From the NCBI GenBank assembly GCA_963674705.1, contig OY771506.1, forward strand, positions 3,264,001 through 3,328,000: 64,000 nt of DNA, in the 5' to 3' direction. This document shows positions 1-8,660 of this stretch, in pieces. Position 1 is the first letter of the stretch. Each line of letters begins with the position of its first letter. Source of the DNA: Phycisphaeraceae bacterium (GTDB taxonomy: Bacteria > Planctomycetota > Phycisphaerae > Phycisphaerales > Phycisphaeraceae). The position numbers and the translations under genes are program-made. The notes beneath the pieces were generated by a model. It did not search any database. It was not told the origin of the DNA and saw only the letters and a list, made by a program, of their open reading frames with translations.

Positions 1-1
1 A

Positions 2-1210
2 GTCTCCGACGGCACACTCAAACTGCACTCTCAGGAAGAACTCTACAACGGCAAGCACTGGACCGGCGCTAAACTCGAAGGCACGTACCACCCTGAGTAT
101 GCATACCTCGAAGCCCGCGTCAGACACTCAGCCGCCGATGCACATATCTGGTCCGCCTGGTGGACCATCGGCTGGGAAAACAATACCTGGAAGTGGCCCC
201 CGGAATTCGACATCTTCGAGTTCGGCACGCAGTTCGGCGACAGCCCCTTGCAGACCTACCACTGGGACGTCGGCTACGGCCACGATCAGGATGGTAACTT
301 CACCTACCTCGACGAAACCGAATGGCACACCTACGGCGTCTACTGGACCGAAACACAGTCCGCTGTGTTCTATGTAGACGGGCAGATCTCCTACGTGGTG
401 AACGGTCCGGCTGAAGGTGCGCAGATGCCAGCGTTCATGCTGCTCAGTTCTTCACCCAACCGTGATGATCACTACAGCGGCAACCTGCTGGCCGACCTCG
501 AAGTTGATTATGTCCGCGTGTACGATCAGCCGCCTGTGCAGCCTCAGCCCGAAGAACATATCGCATTGAATAAACCCGCGGTCGCTTCTTCGACACAGGC
601 CGGCGACTTCAACGTATCCAACGTCTTCGATGGCGATACCTCCTCACGCTGGGCAAGCGACTGGAGCGATCCGCAATGGATCCGCGTCGACCTTCAAGAC
701 ACGTACGAAATCGATAAGGTCCGCTTGTTGTGGGAAACAGCGCTCGGCAAGGAATACAAGATCCAGGTTGCGGACGATCCCAACGGGCCTTGGACCGACG
801 GCATCCATGTGACCAACAACGGCATCGCCGGCTGGGTCACGCACGAATTTGCACCCGTGACCGGCAGATACGTCAGGTTCTATGGCATGCAACGCGGCAC
901 CGGATGGGGCTACTCGCTCTACGAATTCGAAGTCTACGGCGACCTGGCCTCGCAACTACTCGGTGATATCAACGGCGACGGATTCGTCGGCCTGGACGAC
1001 CTGGACATGATCCTCAATACGTGGAATACCACTGTTTCCGCAGGTGATGCGGCTGATCCCTCAGGCGACGGTTACGTCGGGCTTGATGACCTGGATATCG
1101 TGTTGAGCAATTGGAATGCGGGTACCCCGCCTGCTGACAACGTCCCCGAACCCGCCGGTTTGGTTCTGCTGGGTATCTCCGCTTTGTTGATCAATAACAG
1201 GCGTCGCTGA
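2..1210 (+). CDS. 5'-truncated secreted glycoside hydrolase family 16 protein with F5/8-C (CBM32-like) domain, paired dockerin-like repeats and PEP-CTERM tail
   Basis: The frame is open from position 2 (VSDGTLKLH...WSAWW...WPPEFDIFE = GH16 ExDxxE motif). It continues with IALNKPAVASS...SRWAS.WSDPQWIRVDL (discoidin), GDINGDGFVGLDDL x2 and VPEPAGLVLLG...RRR. Confidence 0.85.
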   Translation, partial: VSDGTLKLHSQEELYNGKHWTGAKLEGTYHPEYAYLEARVRHSAADAHIWSAWWTIGWENNTWKWPPEFDIFEFGTQFGDSPLQTYHWDVGYGHDQDGNFTYLDETEWHTYGVYWTETQSAVFYVDGQISYVVNGPAEGAQMPAFMLLSSSPNRDDHYSGNLLADLEVDYVRVYDQPPVQPQPEEHIALNKPAVASSTQAGDFNVSNVFDGDTSSRWASDWSDPQWIRVDLQDTYEIDKVRLLWETALGKEYKIQVADDPNGPWTDGIHVTNNGIAGWVTHEFAPVTGRYVRFYGMQRGTGWGYSLYEFEVYGDLASQLLGDINGDGFVGLDDLDMILNTWNTTVSAGDAADPSGDGYVGLDDLDIVLSNWNAGTPPADNVPEPAGLVLLGISALLINNRRR

Positions 1211-1228
1211 ATCTCGGAAAAAAGAAAA

Positions 1229-2020
1229 TCAAAATACACGTATCAGCGAGCTTCTTTGTTCGCCGATCACTTTGCCATTTTCTTTCTGGATGAGCGTGAC
1301 GCCGTTGCCCAGGTTGTAGGGGAACTTCTCTTGCAACTCGTGGATACGCGGGGCGTACGTGTCGTGTGTCCCGGCTGAGACAAACGCTTGCTCGTAGCTG
1401 AACACGCCGATCGCGATGATCGAGCGGAACGGCCCGTGGTAGTAGTAGGCCTCATTTCCTTCTTCACGCAGCGCTCGTGCGGCTTCCTCCGCCGCGGCTC
1501 GGAAGTCGCCCTCATAATTCTTGTCATAGAAACCGATCTGCAGTGAGTAGTAGCCTACAAATTGCGCCAAATCCAGCGGATCGGAAATGACACGCCCGGT
1601 CCCTATTAGCGGAACGAGCTGAGCATCTTTGAACGGCTTCTTGTCATTGATCTGCACCGACTGGATACGCGACAGCGTCGGCCGGATCAGCGGGTCTGAA
1701 GCGCTGTTGAACCTGCCTTGGAACACACTGGCCACCTCGCCCGTATCCTCGATCCACAACTCCGCAACAGCCGCGCTGTTCCTGATCTGCTCGATTGATT
1801 CGCGTGCATTTTCGATACGATCCCGGCCGGTGAATTCGGCAACCTGGATGGACCAGGTATCGTTCTGTTGCCCGCCATTGCCTTGGGCGTTTTGCCTGGG
1901 TTTCGGATCGGCGGGGAAGTCGTCCCAACTGCTGCGGACTACCCGGATCTCCGGTTCGCAGCCTGCCAGCACAAGCAGGATCGCCAGACACATCAAAATC
2001 AGGGGGCGGTTTTTGAGCAT
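1229..2020 (-). CDS. Putative lipoprotein, possibly SPOR-like domains
   Basis: 263-aa ORF with lipobox LLVLAG-C; segments WSIQVAEF and YYSLQIGFY...A..LREEGNEAYYYH resemble SPOR-type repeats. Confidence 0.6.
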   Translation of the reverse strand: MLKNRPLILMCLAILLVLAGCEPEIRVVRSSWDDFPADPKPRQNAQGNGGQQNDTWSIQVAEFTGRDRIENARESIEQIRNSAAVAELWIEDTGEVASVFQGRFNSASDPLIRPTLSRIQSVQINDKKPFKDAQLVPLIGTGRVISDPLDLAQFVGYYSLQIGFYDKNYEGDFRAAAEEAARALREEGNEAYYYHGPFRSIIAIGVFSYEQAFVSAGTHDTYAPRIHELQEKFPYNLGNGVTLIQKENGKVIGEQRSSLIRVF

Positions 2021-2112
2021 ATTGCGTTTTGCCGGCTTGCGGCCACGGGGTGGGTTACCCGGATTCTAACACTGTTCCATCCATATGTCCGCACCGGCCG
2101 AAAAAGTTGGAC

Positions 2113-2154
2113 TTGACCTGCCAGCCAGTCGATCTATTATTTAATCCGGATTAA
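2113..2154 (+). promoter_or_regulatory. Sigma70-like promoter with overlapping palindromic operator candidate
   Basis: TTGACC (2113-2118), 16 bp, TATTAT (2135-2140), immediately followed by the perfect palindrome TTAATCCGGATTAA (2141-2154), 3 nt before the ATG. Confidence 0.6.
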
Positions 2155-2157
2155 CTG

Positions 2158-3114
2158 ATGGATGCCCAAACCACCCAACCTGACACCCTTCTGGGCTGGA
2201 TGGCCAGCCTGGCAGACGCTACCCGCCTCCGCCTGCTGAGGCTTGTGGAGCGCCATGAATTGGCCGTCTCCGACCTCTGTGACGTCCTGCAGCTGCCCCA
2301 ATCCACCGTCAGCAGGCACCTGAAGCTCTTGGGAGATGAGGGCTGGACCGTCAACCGACGTCGGGGCACGACGAACCTCTACCGCATGGTGCTGGACGAA
2401 TTAGGGCCCGCACAACGGCAGATGTGGCTGCTGGCACGTGAACAGACCAAAGGCTGGGCTGCGATCGAGCAGGACAAGTTGCGCGTCACCGAAAGGCTGC
2501 GCCAGCGCAAAAGCTCAGCCCAGGACTTCTTCGCCGACGCCGCCGATCAATGGGACAAGCTCCGCGAGCAAATATACGGCCCGACGTTCGGCATGCATGC
2601 GCTGCTGGCGCTATTACCCGACGATTGGATCGTTGCCGACCTCGGCTGCGGCACCGGATCATTAACCCTTGAGCTGGCGCGTCACGTCAAGCAGGTCATC
2701 GGCGTCGACAACACGCCTGCCATGCTCGAAGCGGCACATGCACGCATCGCTGATGCAGACAATATCGAACTGCGCGAAGGTGCCATCGAATCGTTGCCGA
2801 TAGACGATCAGGCATGTGATGCAGCGCTGATGGTGCTGGTGCTTTCTTACCTGCACGAGGTTAGCCCGGCATTGAACGAGATGTGGCGGATCATCAAACC
2901 CGGCGGCAAAGCAGTGATCGTCGATGTCATGCGCCACGACCGCGATGATTTTCGCCGTGAGATGGGACAACACTCAATGGGCTTCGACCATGATGAAGTC
3001 TGCACATTGCTGGAAGAAGCGGGTTTTGCTTCACCGCACTGCACACCCATCCCCCCACACCCGGATGCGAAAGGCCCCGCATTGTTGTTAGCGACAGCGA
3101 TGAAGCCAACGTAA
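2158..3114 (+). CDS. sahR: ArsR-family HTH regulator fused to class I SAM-binding methyltransferase-like domain (SahR-like)
   Basis: N-terminal LADATRLRLL...LPQSTVSRHLKLL (ArsR HTH), C-terminal VADLGCGTG SAM-binding motif; lies directly upstream of ahcY. Confidence 0.8.
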   Translation: MDAQTTQPDTLLGWMASLADATRLRLLRLVERHELAVSDLCDVLQLPQSTVSRHLKLLGDEGWTVNRRRGTTNLYRMVLDELGPAQRQMWLLAREQTKGWAAIEQDKLRVTERLRQRKSSAQDFFADAADQWDKLREQIYGPTFGMHALLALLPDDWIVADLGCGTGSLTLELARHVKQVIGVDNTPAMLEAAHARIADADNIELREGAIESLPIDDQACDAALMVLVLSYLHEVSPALNEMWRIIKPGGKAVIVDVMRHDRDDFRREMGQHSMGFDHDEVCTLLEEAGFASPHCTPIPPHPDAKGPALLLATAMKPT

Positions 3115-3125
3115 TAACAACGCTG

Positions 3126-3154
3126 GCGCGCCGGCCGGCAGCCGGCGGCTATTG
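3126..3154 (+). repeat. REP-like element (family R1), inverted copy at 5562-5590
   Basis: GCGCGCCGGCCGGCAGCCGGCGGCTATTG is the reverse complement of 5562-5590 with one mismatch. Confidence 0.75.
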
Positions 3155-3221
3155 AAAAAGAAAATAAGTTTCTTGCACCCTACACCCTAAAACCAAGACC
3201 CCAGACCCAAAGGATTTACCC

Positions 3222-4727
3222 ATGACAGCGACCGCGACCGAGCCCTGTTCGATAACCAAGACAGGCAACCTCGAATACAAGATCAAGGACATCAGCCTGG
3301 CCGAGTGGGGCCGCAAGGAGCTGGACCTCGCCGAAGCCGAAATGCCCGGCCTGATGGCAGTGCGTGAAGAGTTCGGCCCCAGCAAGCCGCTGGCCGGTCA
3401 GCGCATCATGGGTTCGCTGCATATGACCGTGCAGACGGCCGTGCTGATCGAAACACTCGTCGAACTAGGCGCTGATGTCCGCTGGGTCTCCTGCAACATC
3501 TTCTCTACGCAGGACCACGCCGCCGCGGCGATCGTCGTCGGTAAGAACGGCACGCCTGAAAACCCGAAAGGAATCCCCGTCTTCGCATGGAAGGGCGAAA
3601 CCCTCGAAGAGTACTGGTGGTGCACCGACCAGGCGCTGCGCTTCCCCGGCGGCTATGGCCCGACGCAGATCGTCGATGATGGCGGCGACGCGACGCTGCT
3701 CATCCACAAGGGCTATCAGTTCGAAGAAGCCGGCAGCGTGCCCGGCCCTGAGACCACCGACAACGAAGAGTTCAAGGAAGTACTCAAGCTCCTCGGCCGA
3801 TGCTTCGAAGAAGACCCGAAGCGCTGGCACAACGTCGCCGCTGCATGCAAAGGCGTCAGCGAAGAAACCACCACCGGCGTTCACCGGCTCTACGAAATGC
3901 AGAAAAACGGTACACTCTTGTTCCCCGCCGTCAACGTCAACGACTCCGTCACCAAGAGCAAGTTCGACAACCTATACGGCTGCCGCCACTCGCTCATCGA
4001 CGGGCTCAACCGCGCCACCGACGTCATGATGTCCGGCAAGGTCGCCGTCGTCTGCGGTTATGGCGACGTCGGCAAGGGTTGCTGCCAGTCCTTGAAAGGC
4101 CAGGGCGCTCGCGTCATCGTGAATGAGATCGACCCGATCTGTGCCCTGCAAGCCGCGATGGAAGGTTATGAAGTCAAGCCGCTCGAAGACTGCCTCGACT
4201 TCGCTGACATCTACATCACGACCACCGGCAACTTCAACATCATCACCGCCGACCATATGTCCAAGATGAAGGACGGCGCGATCGTCGGCAACATCGGTCA
4301 CTTCGATAACGAAATCGACATGGCCGGCCTCAAGAAGACCCCAGGCATCGTGAAGAAGAACATCAAGCCCCAGTACGATCAGTGGACATTCAAGGACGGC
4401 CACAGCGTGCTCATCCTCGCCGAAGGCCGCCTGCTCAACCTCGGCTGCGCGACGGGCCACCCCAGCTTCGTCATGAGCGCCAGCTTCACCAACCAGACGA
4501 TCGCTCAGATCGACCTCGCCCTGTACAGCAACGGCAAGGAAACGCTCTCCGGCGTCAAGTACGACAGCAACGCCGTCTACGTTTTGTCGAAAGTTCTCGA
4601 CGAAAAAGTCGCCCGCCTGCACCTGGACAAGCTCGGCGTCAAACTCACCAAGCTGACCCAGCAACAAGCCGACTACATCGGCGTCCCGATCGAAGGCCCC
4701 TACAAGCCGGATCACTACCGTTACTAA
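3222..4727 (+). CDS. ahcY: Adenosylhomocysteinase (SAH hydrolase)
   Basis: [65 protein letters not shown]-terminal [10 protein letters not shown]. Confidence 0.98.
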   Translation: MTATATEPCSITKTGNLEYKIKDISLAEWGRKELDLAEAEMPGLMAVREEFGPSKPLAGQRIMGSLHMTVQTAVLIETLVELGADVRWVSCNIFSTQDHAAAAIVVGKNGTPENPKGIPVFAWKGETLEEYWWCTDQALRFPGGYGPTQIVDDGGDATLLIHKGYQFEEAGSVPGPETTDNEEFKEVLKLLGRCFEEDPKRWHNVAAACKGVSEETTTGVHRLYEMQKNGTLLFPAVNVNDSVTKSKFDNLYGCRHSLIDGLNRATDVMMSGKVAVVCGYGDVGKGCCQSLKGQGARVIVNEIDPICALQAAMEGYEVKPLEDCLDFADIYITTTGNFNIITADHMSKMKDGAIVGNIGHFDNEIDMAGLKKTPGIVKKNIKPQYDQWTFKDGHSVLILAEGRLLNLGCATGHPSFVMSASFTNQTIAQIDLALYSNGKETLSGVKYDSNAVYVLSKVLDEKVARLHLDKLGVKLTKLTQQQADYIGVPIEGPYKPDHYRY

Positions 4728-4764
4728 GCCAATATTTGCTGTTCAGTAAAAAAAACAAACTTCC

Positions 4765-4793
4765 AAGCCCGAGAGCAATCTCGGGCTTTTTTT
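4765..4793 (+). terminator. Intrinsic terminator after ahcY
   Basis: AAGCCCGAGA-GCAA-TCTCGGGCTT followed by a T run. Confidence 0.85.
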
Positions 4794-4835
4794 GTGTCTT
4801 AAGATATGCGATACTGGATGTGTGATTGATTCTTC

Positions 4836-5531
4836 TTGATTAGGGGGTTTGTTGTGTCAGATTCTTCATGTCAGCAATTCTCAGTTGTCCGTGTCATCAT
4901 CGGTGCGGTTGTCGTTGGAGCGTTTATTATCCTCCTGCTTCCTACCATATTCCAAGGTCATGGTAATGATCATCCTCGTGTATATGACTTATCCAACGTA
5001 CGACAAATCAATGTGGGTTTAACCTGGTATGTAGTAGATTACAAAGGTCATGGTTCCGGAATCGATATGGATGGCATCCTGAGCGATCCGAAAGTCGAGA
5101 ACCGCTACAGCCTGATCATGGAATACATCGGAACGTCTGATTGCCTTATCAGCCGATACGAGTACGACGAGAAAATGCCTTGGTCTTCCGGTCCGGTTAC
5201 GAGCGACCATTACTCCTACGCCATGCTCCAACTACCTGAATCAGGCGGTCGCCTGTCACTGTGGAGCGATCAAGCTGGCAAGGATGTCGTATGGATTTCC
5301 GGCAGGAATACCGGCAACAACGCCAACTCGCAGGTTGATAGCCTGCAAACAGACGATCCCGGTTCCTGGCACGGCCCCGTCGGTTGGGGAGACGGGCATG
5401 TAACACAAGAAGAAGATCAATACGTGGACACGAGATACACGGTCGGAAGCAATACCCCGTTATACAAAGACGACAACCTCTTCGAAGCTGTCAGCGAAGA
5501 CGACGCCTACATGATCTACACCGGCAACTGA
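4836..5531 (+). CDS. Pilin-like/H-X9-DG-type planctomycete protein with degenerate prepilin N-terminus (start may be GTG 4854)
   Basis: Hydrophobic N-terminal helix ending LLLP, then LSNVRQI as in DUF1559 proteins; C-terminal GPVGWGDGHV. Confidence 0.6.
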   Translation: MIRGFVVSDSSCQQFSVVRVIIGAVVVGAFIILLLPTIFQGHGNDHPRVYDLSNVRQINVGLTWYVVDYKGHGSGIDMDGILSDPKVENRYSLIMEYIGTSDCLISRYEYDEKMPWSSGPVTSDHYSYAMLQLPESGGRLSLWSDQAGKDVVWISGRNTGNNANSQVDSLQTDDPGSWHGPVGWGDGHVTQEEDQYVDTRYTVGSNTPLYKDDNLFEAVSEDDAYMIYTGN

Positions 5532-5561
5532 GCTTCAACCTATCGCTACACAATCACAAGC

Positions 5562-5590
5562 CAATAGCCGCCGGCTGCCAGCCGGCGCGC
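5562..5590 (-). repeat. REP-like element (family R1)
   Basis: CAATAGCCGCCGGCTGCCAGCCGGCGCGC, inverted copy of 3126-3154. Confidence 0.75.
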
Positions 5591-5695
5591 ACCTCTTAAC
5601 CTGCACGCACTTCTCAATACAACCAACAACACCGCAACATTAGCACACAAACATAACTTAATATATCCTGTCGTTTTTCCATCCCGGAGGATCAT

Positions 5696-6739
5696 ATGTC
5701 AGAGCAGATAGACTTCAAGTTTCACTTTGTCGACAACAATGGCAACAAGCAGGGATTCCTTGCCAAGAAGGGTTCATTCGATGGATCGGTGCTCAAAGTT
5801 GACGGCAACGACATCCCGATCGCTGCGATCGGAAAAGCACTGCGTCGGTTCGATCGTATCGCGGTGACCATCGCAGCGGGCGGAGGCAAGACTCAAACAT
5901 TCGTGATGGCTGTGTCCGGCTCGCCCGGCAAAAAGCTGCATACGTTGATTAACAAGGCCGCCTCTCAACGGCACGCCGAGGCACGCAAAGAGGAGTTGGT
6001 CAAGGCCGGCAAAGTGGATCGCTTCCGCACAGAAGTCTGCCCGCACTGTCAAGCCACCGTGGACCTCTCCGGCTTTGAAGTGACGCCGCAGCTTTATTGC
6101 GACTACTGCGACACCATCATCACACGCGACGGCTCGGGCCCGAAGGATGCGCATACCTTCCAGCTCTGCGATCGGTGCGGCTACTACAGCCAGCCCAAGG
6201 TGTTTACGGTTCTCTACTTTTATTTTCTGCTGGTCGTGTATGGCTGGCAATCCCGGCAGGTCCACTTCTGTAATGCTTGTATGCGTTCTGAAGCATGGAA
6301 GATGCTGTTTGGGAACCTGATTTTCATCATCGGCGTCCCGGTCGCGATCACGCAGTTATGCAGAGCGTACTTCGGCGGGTCGGCGCGCAGTGAATCGTTC
6401 AAGGGACTCGACGGCGCAAACGCGCTGGCGGTGAAAGGAAAGGCCGACAAAGCCAGCGCGATCTACGACCAGATCGCCCAGCGTGTCGGGCCCGCTGCCG
6501 GCATCCATTACAGCCGAGGCCTGGCGCTGCTTCATGCCGGACGAGTCGAGGAAGCCATCGTTTCATTCGAAAGGTCTCTGGCGGATTGCGGCAATTATCA
6601 CGCAGGCGCCGAGAAACTTTATATCTGCTACAAGAAGAGCAATAAGCCCGAACAGGCCGAACTCATCAAGGCGCTATGGACCGGTGATGATGAAGCGATC
6701 GACGCCGCGCTGGATAAGATCGCCGCGGCTTCGTCGTGA
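5696..6739 (+). CDS. Hypothetical protein with four CxxC motifs, hydrophobic segments and C-terminal TPR repeats
   Basis: GGAGG RBS upstream; CPHC, CDYC, CDRC, CNAC; TPR-like IHYSRGLALLHAGRVEEAIVSFERSL. Confidence 0.75.
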   Translation: MSEQIDFKFHFVDNNGNKQGFLAKKGSFDGSVLKVDGNDIPIAAIGKALRRFDRIAVTIAAGGGKTQTFVMAVSGSPGKKLHTLINKAASQRHAEARKEELVKAGKVDRFRTEVCPHCQATVDLSGFEVTPQLYCDYCDTIITRDGSGPKDAHTFQLCDRCGYYSQPKVFTVLYFYFLLVVYGWQSRQVHFCNACMRSEAWKMLFGNLIFIIGVPVAITQLCRAYFGGSARSESFKGLDGANALAVKGKADKASAIYDQIAQRVGPAAGIHYSRGLALLHAGRVEEAIVSFERSLADCGNYHAGAEKLYICYKKSNKPEQAELIKALWTGDDEAIDAALDKIAAASS

Positions 6740-6763
6740 TCAGCAGAGTCAGCTCAGCTTGTC

Positions 6764-7597
6764 TCACTCAGGTAATGGGCTGGGGGATACGTTCGTGTAA
6801 GGCGTTTCACCCCGCAGTCGTTTCGCCAGGTCCGCGATGATGCGTGGGTCGTGATACGCGCCGCCGTGCGAGCGTGTGAACAGTTCCGGTGCGAGCCAGT
6901 AGGGCGTTTGGGCCGGCGGGGCGGTGTAGTTGTCGCCGACGGTTTTGTCGTTGAGTCTTGTGTAGGCGATGATGGGATAAGTCTCTTCAGCCCGGCCTTC
7001 ATTTAACATCCGTAGGAATTCGCTATCCGGTACCAGGTCACGACTCAGCGGATCAATCGGCTTGCTGTCTTCAGCCAGCTTAGCGCCCTGGTGTGGCGTG
7101 CTGATCGTATACAGATGCGCGATCTGCAAGCGGGGGATCGAAGGCTCGGTAAACGCATCCGACGCGGCGTACCTTGCCGTGATGCCGCCCATCGAAAAAC
7201 CGATCACATCCACTTCGATCGTCTGCGACGGATCATCGCTCGGGTAAGTATCCTCGAGTTTTTCGATCACGAGTTGCCTGCAATCTTCAAAAGTCACACC
7301 CACGCCGCCCGGCACGCTGATGATGCGATCATCCCCCGTCGCTTTGCGCAGTTGCTCCGCCAGGTACGCCGATGCAATACCCATCACATCACCCCAGCCG
7401 CTGATCACGACGACGGGCCGCTTTAGCGTCACCGGCTCCTGACGCATCTGCTTCAGTTCTTTGCGGGCCTGGCTTGAACTTACATCGAACGAGGGGTTGA
7501 CTGTCTTGTCCATCGTATAGGCAGGCACAGTCAGGCTAAGCAGCACGACACCCACGGCCAGGTTCTGTCTGATCGTCAACTTGGTTGGATTGAGCAT
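6764..7597 (-). CDS. Secreted alpha/beta-fold hydrolase (lipase/esterase-like), paralogue 2
   Basis: GFSMGG nucleophile elbow, TISTPHQGA; start moved to ATG 7597 (MLNPTKL), which gives a signal peptide and removes overlap with the upstream gene. Confidence 0.85.
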   Translation of the reverse strand: MLNPTKLTIRQNLAVGVVLLSLTVPAYTMDKTVNPSFDVSSSQARKELKQMRQEPVTLKRPVVVISGWGDVMGIASAYLAEQLRKATGDDRIISVPGGVGVTFEDCRQLVIEKLEDTYPSDDPSQTIEVDVIGFSMGGITARYAASDAFTEPSIPRLQIAHLYTISTPHQGAKLAEDSKPIDPLSRDLVPDSEFLRMLNEGRAEETYPIIAYTRLNDKTVGDNYTAPPAQTPYWLAPELFTRSHGGAYHDPRIIADLAKRLRGETPYTNVSPSPLPE

Positions 7598-7611
7598 AGC
7601 CGGACCCTGTC

Positions 7612-8535
7612 TTATTGGTTGTTGACCGTCGTTAATGCTTCTTCGCTCGCATCTATTTCGCCCGGCAGTGGGGCGGCAGGTTCCGTGGTGTACGGCGATT
7701 CCCCACGCAGGCGCTGCGCGATGTCCGCCACGATGCGCGGGTCGCGATACGCATCCATGTGTGACCGCGTAAACGGCTCTGATTCCACCCACCATGGATT
7801 GCGATCGAACGGCGAGGCATACGCATCACCAACAATCGCATCATACCGGCGCGTGTACGGGAAGACCGGATAATCGGCAGCGTTCAGTTCTTCATCGAGC
7901 TTCTGCATAAACTCCGAGCCCGGCCGCATGTCCCATGCCAACGGCCCCGGTGCGATGATCGACGCGACCAGCGCGCCACGGTGCGGCGTACAGATCGTGT
8001 ACAGGTTCGCGATCCGCAGCCTCTGAGTGTCAACATCTTCACCCTCTGCATCCGGATGCATCGCTTCCTGCGAGGCTGCCGAGTAACGGGCGACGATCCC
8101 ACCCATGGAAAAGCCGATCACATCGACCTCTCTCGTCCAGTCATCGCTGTCCGAGGGGAACGCTTCATTGACATGTTTGAGGACTCGATCCCGGCAGCCC
8201 TCGAAAGTGACGCGCCCGCCAAAGCCGACCGCGATGATCCGATCGTCGCCGGTGACCAGCCGCAGTTGCTTGGCCAAGTGGGACGGCGGGTATCCGATCA
8301 CATCCCCCCAGCCGCCCAGCACGATGACAGGTCGCTTAAGCGCCACCGGCTCCTGCTGCATCAACTTCAGGTCGTGCTTCGCCTGTTTGACCGATAACGG
8401 GAATGAAGGATTAGCTGGTTCTTGCGTGCTGCAACCGTTGAGCAGGGCGACCAACGGCAGCAGCCCGATCGCCAGCCACTCGGCCGTTGCCTGCATGCGC
8501 CGGGGTGTTCTACGTGTATTTCGGGCCATGTTCAT
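7612..8535 (-). CDS. Lipoprotein alpha/beta-fold hydrolase, paralogue 1
   Basis: Lipobox-like ALLNG-C, VIVLGGWGD, GFSMGG, TICTPHRGA; start at ATG 8535 or 8529. Confidence 0.85.
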   Translation of the reverse strand: MNMARNTRRTPRRMQATAEWLAIGLLPLVALLNGCSTQEPANPSFPLSVKQAKHDLKLMQQEPVALKRPVIVLGGWGDVIGYPPSHLAKQLRLVTGDDRIIAVGFGGRVTFEGCRDRVLKHVNEAFPSDSDDWTREVDVIGFSMGGIVARYSAASQEAMHPDAEGEDVDTQRLRIANLYTICTPHRGALVASIIAPGPLAWDMRPGSEFMQKLDEELNAADYPVFPYTRRYDAIVGDAYASPFDRNPWWVESEPFTRSHMDAYRDPRIVADIAQRLRGESPYTTEPAAPLPGEIDASEEALTTVNNQ

Positions 8536-8660
8536 GGTAAAGTCGTCCCGGTTGGATAAACATGACAAGGCACAGCTTGGGGTTGCAGCATGTGCAGGAT
8601 ATGCGAGGATAAGCATTCAGGATAGTCAGGACCACAAGACCACGGCCGGCACGAAGACTT

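Noticed and set aside
3972..4715. Long antisense or alternative-frame ORFs (also 21758-22531, 35493-36269, 41612-42718, 52633-53601, 31982-32827)
   Set aside because: Shadow ORFs of well-supported genes, expected from GC-rich codon bias; no recognisable motifs.
5660..5672. AATATATCCTGTC, matching the core of a T-DNA border or oriT nick site
   Set aside because: Only 13 bp, in an AT-rich promoter region, with no second border, relaxase or conjugation genes; treated as chance.
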